Of a stretch of DNA of 64,000 bases, positions 37,710 through 49,410 are shown in pieces (the first letter of the stretch is position 1; each line of letters starts with the position of its first letter). The position numbers and the translations under genes are program-made. The DNA is taken from positions 310,001 through 374,000 of the forward strand of contig BQFW01000003.1 of assembly GCA_020891255.1 (NCBI GenBank). The letters are read 5' to 3'. Source of the DNA: Entomortierella parvispora E1425 (taxonomy: Eukaryota; Fungi; Mortierellomycota). The notes below the pieces were generated by a model, which ran no database searches, had not been told where the DNA came from, and worked only from the letters and a program-made list of their open reading frames with translations.

Positions 37710-38911
37710 TTATTCTTTCCTGCGCGACAGACGCGACTGGTGCTCAATCTGGTCCAACACAAACGAAAAACTAGGGTTGCTGAGCATCATCAGTTTGTCA
37801 ATCTTGTAATTCTCTTTCCTTGGCGACACTGTTGAAGGTGCCGATGAAGATGATGGCTTTGGTGCTCCAGATGCAATCAAGGTGACGGGTTTGGCACTCT
37901 CGGTCGTCCAGTGCACCACCTTCTCAGTCTCGGACTTGATTCTCAGATCCGAGGAGGAGACTTGGGTATGCAGTGGCACGCCTCTCCAGTTCAGCTTCTC
38001 AAATGTCAACTTTAGATCATCCGAGGATGAGACCTTAACTGCTGCCGCGGCTGTGTTCTTGTCGGCCGTTCCTTGAACGTGAATCTTTGTGACATTGTCT
38101 TTAAACAGCGCGTGCAAAAGAACAGATGGGGATAAAGAAGCAACGCCGGCTACGAACCAATGAAAAAATCAAAAAAGAACGGTATGAGGATACATGCGGA
38201 GTAAAGAAGTGGAGAAAAGTGAAGAAGAACTAAAGCATAAAGGAACGGGGGAATCTGTTTGCTCTTTGTCATCAATCTTCCATTTCCTCAGAGTAAAATC
38301 AAGGTTGTTCCTCTTTAGGTGACAACGACCCTGTGAGAAAGGTGAAAAGGGCTTATCGATCCAACGCCCATGATCCAATTGTCGTCCTCTCATAGGAAGC
38401 GGGGAAGAACATTACCCATAACGGCCAAGGCGTGCTCTGTATTTCCAAGGAATAAAGTCGAAGGAATAGCAATACAACCACAGGCGCCAAACACAAAAGC
38501 TACGCTCTTGCATTGGCGCAACGAACCCGCATAGGGTCCCACGTAGGCCAGCACCGAGTTTGCTGGCGCCAGGAATGGATTTTTTGTCTGTTTGTTGGCT
38601 AGTGGTGCTGTTGAAGTTGCTGTGGAGGTGGACGAGGCGTTTTTCCTCCGACTGCAGTACGCACTGCTAGCAGAGAATGAGCGCGCTGAAACCGAAGCCT
38701 GGGAATGAGATGTCTTGGTCAAAAGGCTACGAATGTGTGAGGTGGAGGCGATGCGCGAGCAAAGTGTTGACGCCATGGCTGAGATCAGGGGGAGGGAGGA
38801 CGGAGCGGATGCATGGATCAGATCAGACCGGGCCCTGAGCGAAACGAGCACAGGCGGGCGGACGGACCGAAGACTGCCCTGTGCAAACGCAAAAAGCAGG
38901 CCTCTTTGCAT
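37710..38911 (-). CDS. Mitochondrial membrane protein, TMEM70-like
   Basis: Long Arg/Ser-rich presequence; LAYVGPY...K...; an intron at about 38418-38151 gives M|AGVASLSPSVLLHALFKDNVTKIHV, resembling the TMEM70 pattern TP.LLH.ITK.YV. The start could alternatively be 38776. Confidence 0.55.
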
Positions 38912-39207
38912 CTAAGGCGTGCGCCAGTGGGTTTCCATCCCTTCGTTCCATTCCCTCTTTGTGCTTCTCCTTCTCTGTTCCATCCCTCGCCCTCCATCCT
39001 CTCATTGTCCGTCTCCAACTGCTGTCCAACACCCATCCTCCCCGACCAGCACGAGGCGGATCCTCTGTCTCGTACCATTCGCACCCTTTATTCTTTTTGA
39101 CCCTTTCTCCGTAATCGTTCAACTGCTCAGCTGTAACCCGACGGAAAAAAAACCCAGCGCGCACTCTATCTCTCTCTCTCCGCAACACAAAGAGCTTCTC
39201 GCACAAG

Positions 39208-40802
39208 ATGACTTCCTATCTACCTTGGTACCTATCGTACTCGCTCGCAGCGGCAGCTGTCGCCGTGCTAAGTGGAGGGGCGCTTTTGTACCATTACCAG
39301 TGCGAAATCATCTACCCTGCCAACTTTCCGGAGGGCTCCAGGACGAACGTAAGGCGCGACCGTGTCCAAGAAAGCCCAATTGATGAACACCAGAAACTCC
39401 TATGAACAACATCATCTGATCTCTGTTGTCTTCTGTTATCCACTCACCTCTCACCTGCCCATTCGTTATAATTAGGTCGCAAAACCATCCCAATATGGTT
39501 TGCCATTCGAGGACCTGACATTGACCACGCCTGACAAAGTCAAGATCAAGGCCTATCTGATCAGACACCCGGATGAGGACGTTGCTCGCAGAAGTCCCAC
39601 CATTCTCTACCTTCATGTAAGTAGCTTTTGGCTCTATAACTTCGGCAATCTTGCCATGCGCAGTCTCGGCTCAGTCTTTGTCGGAAGTCGTGGAAGCTGA
39701 ATATCAAATGGATAATGACCTATTCTTTCTTTGGTCTTCTCCATATAGGCAAACGCTGGAAACATGGGTCACCGTCTCTCTATTGCTGACGTGTTTTACA
39801 GAGAGTTTGGCTGCAATGTCTTTATGCTGTCATATCGCGGGTAAGAACCGGATCGCAATCATAGCTCGGCTCGGACTACACAGCGTTAAAGGCTTGAGGA
39901 GTTGGACGTTGTGGAGAAGGCAAACACATCAGGACACAGATAGAAACTGGAACCGGGAGCGGGATTAGCTCTTTTCGAAGACTGCCCTGGCCTATCGCGG
40001 AGCGTGGGGCCAGAGAATTCACATGAGATTGCCTTCTCTCAAACAAAAAGTTCATCCAGATTGTCTCATTGTCTCTCCTCCGCTGCCACTCTACCCTTTG
40101 ACCCCACATATCTAGGTATGGACTTAGTCATGGAAGCCCGTCTGAGAAGGGCCTCAGGATAGATGCACAGGTAATTGATCCTTGGCGTGCCGATCTCTCT
40201 CGTCAGGCAAAGAGTTAAATCTAAAATTGTGAATTCAATGATTTAGACCGCACTGGATTATATTAAAAGACATCCTGTCCTCTCGGAGACAAAACTGATT
40301 GCCTATGGACAGTCTATTGGTGGTGCCGTCTCGATCGATATCGTAGCCAGGAATGAGGACAAGTTTTCGGGGCTTATCATTGAGAACACGTTCCTCAGCT
40401 TGGTACGTATCTTTTACCCCAGATTTTTCTACGATTTCTTTGTTTCCTATTGCCAAAGCTGACTTGATGAATTTCTATTTCTATATTGGAATTGCTCAGC
40501 CCAAAGTTATCCCCCATGTGCTGCCAATGATCAGCAAGGTCTCGTTTCTGTGCCACCAAATCTGGAACTCTGAACGAATGATTCAGCAGATTACACGGCT
40601 GCCCGTCTTGTTCCTGTCGGGTCGCAAGGATGAACTTGTACCGCCAGCTCACATGCAACAACTTCACCGACTGTTGGATACCACAGGAGATGTTGTCTGG
40701 CGCGAGTTCCCAGACGGAACCCATAACGACACTTGCCTAAAACCAGGTTACTTTGATGCTATCAAGATGTTTCTTGACGGAGTTATGGGCAAGAAGGAGT
40801 AG
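39208..40802 (+). CDS. BEM46: Alpha/beta hydrolase ABHD13/BEM46
   Basis: LYHYQCEIIYP; TILYLH|ANAGNMGHR; YRGYG; AYGQSIGGAV nucleophile elbow; IIENTF; GRKDELVP; GTHNDT. Confidence 0.93.
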
Positions 40803-42189
40803 GAAAGCCTTGCCCAGATCATGATGCTTTGAAAAAGTATTATGCCAATTCTCCGGAGAGTGCCTGGAAGCAACACGAACGAATGAAAGTACTTTAGGAA
40901 GGGCACATTGGGAATGGCGAAAAAGTAAAATACATAGAAGTTTGACCGAAAAGTTGGCTCATCCTCATTTGTCCTTTGGCTTTGGTCAACCCTGACTGAT
41001 AATAAGCGCAAGTCATCGAACTGAGATGGGCCACTGGGAACAAAAAACTGTTGTCTATTTGTCTATTGTGGTTGACTCTCCTCCCGATGATGTTTGAAGA
41101 CCAGCGAGTAATATGGTACTGTAGTAGGACAAGGGGAGCAGGTGTGGACACAAAAAAAGAGAGAGAAATCGAGGGCCTGCGGGCGCGCAGTGTTCATTGT
41201 ACGGTGAGAGACATGAAAGCTGGGAGCAACAAGCTCCAGGGGCGAGACGATGTGAAAAAAGTGAGAGCCTCCCAAAGAAAACAGAAGACACGGGCAGGCA
41301 GGCACGCAAAGGGCGTTTGCGAACCCTTGTGTCCGTTGCAACATGCATGCAAGCAAGGACACAAAGCTGCCACGCCAAGGGGGGTTGGCAGGGTGAGCAG
41401 GTGCGCTGGTGCCTGCCAGCTCTGTTTGCGCACTGCTCTCCCGCGCTCCGTCCTCTTTTCTGTCATCTTTTTTCGGTTTGCTTGCCTCGCGTTCTCTCTC
41501 TTTCCTCTTCCTCCGCTAGCCCTGTTCGTCCCTGTCTGTTCTGTTGTTCTGTTCTTTGCTCGGTCATTCTCTGCTGGCATTCGCATGGCACCTTCTCATT
41601 CCCACTACAGCAACTACATTCCCCCCACCTCCTCCACACAGAGACAGAGCCGCACCTGGCTCGCTCTCTTGCTGCACGCTCGCCGCCCCCAAGTCCGACG
41701 CCCTCGTCTTTGTTTAATTCATCGCACACTCTCGAGTGGCATTATATTTTCAGACTCCCTTCTCTTTCCTTCCTCGCTACTTTACCTTTTTACCTCCACC
41801 TTTGCCGAACAAACATCCTCAACAAGGTCTAGACTTTAGGACCCTTTTTGGATTAATTGCTGGGGTTCTGGTCGTGAAAAGCTTTGTCAATCTCTTTCCT
41901 CTTCTCCGTTTTTTTTCCCTTCCACGTCCGCTCGCCTTGCCGTTGCCTTGATTCCTCATCTCGCGTCTATCCCCTTTCCTTAACGGTGCAGGCCGTCGTT
42001 GTCGTTCTTCTCCCCACCTTGCTTTGCCTTTGCTCAAGGCAAGGAAGGACAGCGACCTGAGCTCTTTTCTCTTCTTCACCACCCGCACAAGGGAAGTAAG
42101 GGACAAGATATAAAAAAAAACCACAGGACACAAAAAAACAAGGACTCCTCCTCGGCAGTCGGACACAATCCATAAAGAAACTGTCGGCC

Positions 42190-44732
42190 ATGGGCAACTC
42201 CAAATCGCGCCATTCCAACGGCCCGTCTGCATCATCGCACCCACGGCATTCCAGCAAACATTCCAGCTCATTACTCCCTCCACGAGACTCGAGTTCGACC
42301 TATAACTTTGTCCCTTCCACCACCACTTTCCCGGGGCAGCAGCCGTTACCGAACGACAGTGGGCACTACTCCATGCATGGATCGATCATGGGTATCCCAC
42401 CAGCACCCAGTCGAGCCGAGTTTGGAGGAGGCGCATACCACGCGAATAACCTCTCAAGTCCAGGACGACTAGACCAACAAAAGAAGAGTTCCGATTCGAG
42501 TCTACAATTACAATACGGGACGAGGATCAAGCGCGCTACAGCAAACAGCAACAGTGGCAACAATAATAATGGTACCACCATGGGAACTGTGGGCACGGGG
42601 GGTGGCCGTGGCTCGGGCATCTTGAGCAGCAACGGCCACATGAACGGGAGCAACAGCAACCACAACACTACCACCCTAAACCACCATTCGTTTACCCCCG
42701 GGGGACAGGTCAGCAGCAATGAGCTCTCTTACAGCAGTGGCATTCTTCGGAGTTCAGGGACAGGGCAGACTCGTGCCAACCTCATGGCAGGAGGAGTAAA
42801 TTCAGCTGAGCTTGGCGGTGTTGGTAATATGGGAGTTGGAGGTGAATACAACAACAATGGCATCTCACCACGCGACCTAGATCTGACTCGACCGCCGTCG
42901 GGCTCCTTGAATGCCACTCAGTCCAATGGCCGAACCTCAGTTTTCGTGACACCGCCCCAACAACAACTGTCTTCTTCGTCACCATCTGGGTTCCATGGAC
43001 ATCCTGGCTACAGCTCGTATCATCGCATGTCCTCCGCCTCACCATCACCGCTGGGAGGACAACGTGACGATGACATGCAGACAAACTCGTTGGCAGCAGC
43101 GACTATGAACATGGGCGTACATGACAGTTATATTTCTGGACGGAGTAGCCTGCAGCAGCAACAATCCCATCGATTTCAGCAACAGCAACTGCAGCAGCAA
43201 CAGATTCATCTTCAACAGCAATTACAACAGCTACAACAACGCGACTTTGTGGAGACTCCTACTTATCCACATCGTCAGTCTAGTATACCTCCACCCAAGA
43301 TGAATAGCCACCAGCAAGGTGGCAGTAATTATACCACACCAGCTCTTCACCCATCCCGGCTATCGCAAGTGGATCCAAGGATAGGGGCTCCTCGGACTTC
43401 TGTATATGACAGATACGACTACAGTGGTCAAACTCCCGGTGCTCCTGTGCACCAAGACCTCATGGGCAATATCAAACCCATATCCAACAACAACATCGCG
43501 ACACCTCCCCCTCGGACCAAGGACGTTTTTGCGGACGCAGGTCCCCTCATTGAGTCTATCGCACCCGTATCCAATCGCGCTCTGACTGCGGATCAAGTTT
43601 TTGCTCGACTCGCAAAACAATACCCTACAAATCCACGAGAGTCCGAAAAGAAGGATCGTATCTATCGCTGGGTCAACAATGTGGCCAAAGCGCTGACCCT
43701 CAACCCGAATACGGAAATTCCTGGGTGGATTATACCCGTTTTGCCTGATGAACTCGATGATCCCGAGAGGTAAAACACAAGGAGAAAGGAACAGGGGGGG
43801 AGAAACCATTGTGGTTTTTTGCACAGACACAAAAAATACTGAACGATGTTTTTTTTAAAAAACTTTTTTGTGATTAGCCCGTTTTATTTGGACCGCATCA
43901 CCTATGAGCTGGATATCATGGCACCTGTTGGACGACCCTTCCGCAAAGCTATCGATGTCAACTGCTCTTCAGGCGAATGGGCTATGGTAATCTAAAAGAG
44001 AAAAAACGCTCAAATATGGCAGCCCCACTTTATGCAAGAGGTCACTGTGCAGATGTTCTGATTATAACTTTCTTTTTTAACCAATAGGACCTTGCGCTAA
44101 AATACCCGCGTACCGTTGTGTATGCACTCGACCCAACACTCGACCCTTCTCGGCTACCTCTACGGATACCTGAAAACTGCAAGTTCAAGCTCCGAGATGT
44201 CAAGGACCAGGAAGGAGAGTTTGATCTGGTCCATCAACGACTGGGTGCGTTCAGGACACAGATCTTGGAATGGACACCACATTTCGCGGAACTAGGACGG
44301 CTCACGCGTGCAGGCGGGTGGATCCAACTCGCAGAGTGCAATGGCATGATTGTCCGGGCAGGAGTAGAGTCTCTCAAGGTTAATCGATGGGTAGAAAAGG
44401 CAGCTCTCAGCTCGGGACTGAACCCGATGCAGCTGGTTGAATCCCTGATGCCATTCATCCTGGGTGCAGGACTGATCAATGTCGAATGTTATGAATACGG
44501 GATCCCTATCGGAGATTGGGCTGGACCCCGAGGCAGGGTGGCGATGCAGTCTTATCTGACCATGGTGGAGTCTTTGCGTGAGGAAATCATTGAGATCCAT
44601 CGATTGGAAGATGGGATTTTTGAAGAAACGATCGCGCACCTGAAGCAAGAATTTATTGCAGAGAATGCAGAGCTGGTCATGAAGGTCATTTGCGCACAAA
44701 AACCACCTTACTCGGATGACATTTGGCGCTGA
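42190..44732 (+). CDS. Class I SAM-methyltransferase-like protein with long disordered N-terminus
   Basis: Exons 42190-~43769, ~43879-43986 and ~44089-44732. C-terminal fold: IDVNCSSGEWAMDLALKYP...YALD; FDLVHQR; LTRAGGWIQLAE. Confidence 0.75.
43142..43240 (+). repeat. CAA/CAG-rich poly-Gln region
   Basis: Encodes LQQQQSHRFQQQQLQQQQIHLQQQLQQLQQ within the methyltransferase-like CDS. Confidence 0.85.
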
Positions 44733-45440
44733 AAGAAAAATAAACTAAAATAGTAAAAAAAAAAATAAGAGGGCGGGGTGTTGAGTTGGGAGCGGACTGA
44801 TGTCAATTGGCGTAGTAAGAAGCATGCAACGAAAAGGTCGATCGCGGCCATGCGTCCGTTTACGGCATCGCCATTTTTGGACATAGAAGATCTTTGCTGG
44901 GGAGATTTCGAGATTCCCTCTCTTTACCCGAAGGTTTGAACAGTCTGTTGTCCATGTGATGGTTTCTCCGACCGCAGGAAAAAGCGCAAAGTGCATGTTG
45001 GATGTGCAAAAGATAGTAACGTGTTTGCTGGACAAACAGGCGACCCCACTCGTCAACGGTGCCTGGGCAAAACTGTCTTCTAGTGTTTCTAGTGTTCATG
45101 TCAACGAAAGAAAAAAAAAAATCCAGATCGGTGACTTGTAGACTGGCGGTGTCTTTCTTGCCAACCACTATCCTTTCAAGCAGTCAGTCACCAATGGCAG
45201 AAGTTTCAAGGACTCAGCTGGCTAAGCTACAAGGGAGATATGGCTAGACACTTTGGTATAGGATCCACAGTGTCTACTTTTCACAAGCTCTGGAAAGAGT
45301 AATTATTACCTCGCGGAGTGGTGCACGGATGAGGGACAAGAAGGTAGGCGGACTAGAGAGGGGTCGGCGTCGGCGGATACGGTCCAAAAACTGGTGCAAT
45401 AGACAAAAAAGAGATTGGAATGTCAAAGTGGCAAAAGTAA

Positions 45441-45523
45441 TGGTAGAAGTGGGATTTGAACCCACGCCTCTCTCGAGACCGCAACTTGAGTGCGGCGCCT
45501 TAGACCAACTCGGCCATCCTACC
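45441..45523 (-). tRNA. tRNA-Leu (CAA)
   Basis: Reverse complement GGTAGGATGGCCGAGTTGGTCTAAGGCGCCGCACTCAAGTTGCGGTCTCGAGAGAGGCGTGGGTTCAAATCCCACTTCTACCA. Anticodon stem CCGCA/TGCGG with loop CT-CAA-GT, long variable arm, GGTTCAAATCC B box, TTTT downstream. Confidence 0.96.
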
Positions 45524-45673
45524 TTGAATTGATGGATGGTCATGTGATTGTGACATATATGTAGATACCGAATTATCGATGTATCACGTGATATTTACCG
45601 ATAATGATTGGTTTATAAAGATCTGAAAAATTAAATTTCCATCGAGCTCCTATCCAATAGGATCTCAGCATCT

Positions 45674-45754
45674 GTCAACATGGCCGAGCGGTTAAGGCGT
45701 GAGACTAGAAATCTCATGGGTTCTCCCGCGCAGGTTCAAATCCTGCTGTTGACG
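45674..45754 (+). tRNA. tRNA-Ser (AGA)
   Basis: GTCAACATGGCCGAGCGGTTAAGGCGTGAGACTAGAAATCTCATGGGTTCTCCCGCGCAGGTTCAAATCCTGCTGTTGACG. Acceptor stem GTCAACA/TGTTGAC, anticodon AGA, long variable arm, T-run terminator at about 45761. Confidence 0.96.
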
Positions 45755-46217
45755 CGATACCTTTTTGCAACTTTTTTCTCTGATCCTCAACGAGGAAAAA
45801 GGAGAGGAGGAGGACACCAGAATCCTTTTTTTTTTGGAGTGAGAGGCAGCCAGGTGGGAAGTCCAGATGGACAGCATGGCTGGCTTGTCTAACGCGTTGA
45901 GGAAGGTTCTTGCTTAGGCTTACCATGATGTGTAACGCGTTTATCACAAGCCTGCATCAAACCCCTACCTTCGAAAATGAGTCTGCAACGAATCGCTTCC
46001 TTTTGAAGATGTGCGAGTCGACTCGCTAACTCGCGACGTTCCGTTTTTGTATCGCATGCCATGATCCCGACCCATGCCCTCAGTCTCAAAAAAAAAAAAA
46101 AAAAAATGCATGAGTCTCCGACTGTGGCCCCGAAATATTAAACTCTTGTTGTCATCTTTCTCCAACCCACAAGGTCATCCTCATCACCTTTCCCAAGTTA
46201 CCCTCCCCTCTTCCAGT

Positions 46218-46874
46218 ATGCCTCGAAAAAGCGCCTGCTCCTATGCCTATTGCAAGTATGACCTGGTTCCCCCTAGTAAGGCTGTCACTTACACTCAAAG
46301 ACAACACGTTGCAGTTTATCACCGCAACTCTCCCACCAAGTTCCTTTGCTGTTTTACCGATCAGTCCATCACTTTTTATCGACAAAGTGCGAAAAACATG
46401 GACTTTGTCTGCTTTTGTCGCCAAACGTTCATCCTCATCTCGTCTTTACGGCGCCATTACCGTGATTGCGAGATTGCAAAAGACGCTGTTCTTCAGGCGA
46501 CCTTCGATCCACCGGGTTCGGCTGGACAGTATCCTTCACCTGGCGTAGGCGGCAACAGCACGCTTTCTTCAACCGCTTCAGAAACCAAGCTCAGTTCTGA
46601 GGAGCTATCAAAGGAGATGGTCGAGCACCATCAAGCCTTCCTGGAGGACTTCTTAAGGCACTCAACAGCGCAGACTGTCAGGTTCGCTGCTTCTATGAAA
46701 GAGCATCATATAGCTCAAGCAGCAGGGAATGTTGACCTTCAAAGCACAATTGCGAATCTACATCGTTTGGCCGTCGAGCAAACGCAAATGCTCATTGATC
46801 TTCTGCACCAACGTCAGGACAAGCTGTTGGCGAAAAGCAAATGTTTTAAGGATGAAGTTAGTGCTGAGTCTTAG
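46218..46874 (+). CDS. Intronless hypothetical protein with two Zn-finger-like motifs
   Basis: Within the 266-codon ORF, starting from MPRKSA. Motifs C-x4-C-x17-H-x4-H and CFC-x12-H-x3-C, followed by a helical C-terminus. Confidence 0.55.
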   Translation: MPRKSACSYAYCKYDLVPPSKAVTYTQRQHVAVYHRNSPTKFLCCFTDQSITFYRQSAKNMDFVCFCRQTFILISSLRRHYRDCEIAKDAVLQATFDPPGSAGQYPSPGVGGNSTLSSTASETKLSSEELSKEMVEHHQAFLEDFLRHSTAQTVRFAASMKEHHIAQAAGNVDLQSTIANLHRLAVEQTQMLIDLLHQRQDKLLAKSKCFKDEVSAES

Positions 46875-47028
46875 GAATGATTCACTCCATATGCGATATA
46901 CGAACAATCTGGCGCTCCATGGTCTTCAAGACTAGTCCTGCCCAAAGATTGCGATGTTTTTGACCTGCGGCTCAATAAAATATCTTTTTTTTTTTGGGAT
47001 CTTTGCATGGAGGGTTGGGCTTTTATTT

Positions 47029-49086
47029 TTACTCGTCTTCATCTTGTGCAAGTTGCTCTGGTGTCAGTGTAGGACCCCCGGCCTTGATAAAGTAAGAGGT
47101 GTCGTATCTTTGAGATGGATCCTGAGCTCTCAATCCAATTCTCATATTGGCGATCCCACTGGTAAAGCTGCTGGTCATCGTGCCATAGAACGAATGAGCT
47201 TGGGCACAGACCAATTGCTCGACAAGGCCAATCCAATCATCATAGGCAAGCAGATGCCTGTACCTATCTTCAAAATTCTTATCGATAAGATCCTCAAAGA
47301 GAATGGCACCGAGAGAATGAAAGGAATCTAGGATCGAAGGAGAAGTCTCATCTGTAGCCATATAGAATCCGATCGTAGGAGGTTGACCTTTAGTTGCAGA
47401 GTGGACCTGATGTGGAAACACAGTCTCAACCGCCTCTTTGACGAGATCGCCCATCCAGCGATTACCAAAGTCTTGCCAACCATACTTGTCCGTCACGAAA
47501 TCGCCTCGTCGAACATGCATCGACAGTTTGAACCAGGCTGCGGAAGGACTGTTGCCCTTGGTGCCTGCATCGATTGCTTGACGCTCCATAACCATATTCT
47601 GAAGCGTTGCCAACATGTACTCAGCAGCGTCTTGAACCGCTGGGGCGTACTGAAGAGAGCGAATAGACATGTCGCGATACCTTTCTGCATCTGCCAGAGA
47701 AGAGTAAATCATTGGAACCCAACCCGTTGTATGAAACTGTCCCTCAATCGACAAGATTCTATCTTGGATCGGCCCAAGCTCTTGTTTGAGTCCCACGTAG
47801 TTCTCAATGCGACATGTCGCAAAGGAAGGGAACCGGGCTTCCCAGGGAATAGCCTCTACTGACGCCTCTTCAACAGGGAGCTGGCAACTCGAGAGATCAG
47901 GAGTGAATCTCTGATCTTGATACTGAAAATCGACTGACCATTGAACAATCTTGTCCAGTCCACCACCACGGACATCACTGAACGCGAAAAACGTTCGTTT
48001 TTGCCTATCGGTTCCATCCTTTGCCCTGATTACTTGAGACTCATGAGATGGCACCTCAAGGTTGTCTACTAGAGCGTTTCGAACAAGGTTATCGATCAGG
48101 GAGAGGTCTTCCTGTTCCGTTAGATCCCAGGCTGATCTCTGGATCCTGAAAACTCCTCGAGAGGACTGCCTTTGGGGTTTTGGTGTGCGTTCTGCTGCTT
48201 CATCCTGTTCCTCTTCTTCATCCTCGTCCAAGGCACTATAACGAGCCTCACTCTCAAGAGGCCAAGGGCCACCTTTGTGCTTTTCTTGCACGTCCTGCCA
48301 GAAGGAGACCTGAGCACCAAATTCGCTGTCTACCAAAGAGATCCCCCTGGGAAAACCAGCAGCTCTCTCCATGAACAAGTCGAACGCAATGACGCGCCCT
48401 TGGGTCGTCCTCCAGAGATGATCCAAGTCGATAAAATATCCGAGGTCAAGAGAGAGTGTGCTCTCTTGAGGGTTGTGTCCAATTGCGGATAGATCTAAAG
48501 GTGTGGCGGTTTCGGCGCAGATATCTTCATCTGAACACTGGCGGATGCGAAGAAGGGTTGGAAGCACAAGAGTCCGGTTCAAAAGATCGGCCAGATACAG
48601 TCCACGCTCAATCATGTACCTGAAATTGAAGCATGTTGTTGTTTTGTTTTAGTTACAAGGCCCAGAAGAAGAACGATGGGAAGTACCAGGAACGGAAGTA
48701 ATTCTGTACCTCATGTTATTGAAGCCTAGCCATGGGCTGTAATCCATCAACAGGAACTTCTCGTCCACAGGAAAGGACCTGTCTGGAAGGCGAGTCATAT
48801 CATCTTGAGGAAGTCGTTTGCCACCGCGATTTCCGTATGATCCGCGACCTCCAAAAGACGCAGGGTACAAGGTCTTGGCAGAGAAGAGGACCATCAGAAG
48901 CCCAGCGAGACTCAGGGCAAGGACTGCTCTGCGAGATATTGCACTTTTCTTGTTGATCTGTTGTGGATGTCCTTTGAAGAAAGAGTCTTTCTGTGGATCG
49001 TCTTGATCGATATCATCGAGTCCTGCTGTTGATCCTTGTAGGTCTGTGGCAGGGTGACTCCCTGGGCGAATCCTTTGAAAAGCCAT
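47029..49086 (-). CDS. GDP-fucose O-fucosyltransferase family (GT-B) type II membrane protein
   Basis: N-terminal transmembrane helix; YSPWLGFNNMRYMIERGLYLADLLNRTLVLP; MHVRRGDF; YMATDE; EQLVCAQAHSFYGTMTSSFT. Two exons. Confidence 0.82.
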
Positions 49087-49410
49087 ATCTGGTTGTTAAG
49101 GTGGTGGGGAACAGTTGGCAGTGAAGACAAGGAAGAATGAAAGACGAGGAAGAGTACATTATTCCCTCCCCTATTCACAGGTCCTTGCCAAAAAAAAGGA
49201 TCATTCCCTCCCCTTTGATGCACAGGTCCGTCAAGGACGCGTCTCGACGGTCACAGAGCGATTTTTAATTTTTTTTTTGCCTCCCTTTGTTTGTGGACGC
49301 GATCTCGTTGTTCAGGAACATCCCGTCATTTCATTCGCGTTCGACTGCATTCTTTTTCATCGTCAGGAACCAAGAACAAAACAGGAAAGAACATCACTCT
49401 CGGAACGAAC

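Noticed and set aside
41051-41839. 262-aa and 211-aa ORFs upstream of the methyltransferase-like gene
   Set aside because: Low-complexity translations of a CT-rich promoter/5' UTR; no domain and no splice-consistent gene model.
45245-45276. TAGACACT/AGTGTCTA hairpin downstream of tRNA-Leu
   Set aside because: Isolated 8-bp stem with no recognisable RNA family or MITE structure.
46013-46026. 14-bp perfect palindrome GCGAGTCGACTCGC
   Set aside because: Several palindromes of this length are expected by chance in 64 kb, and there is no supporting context.
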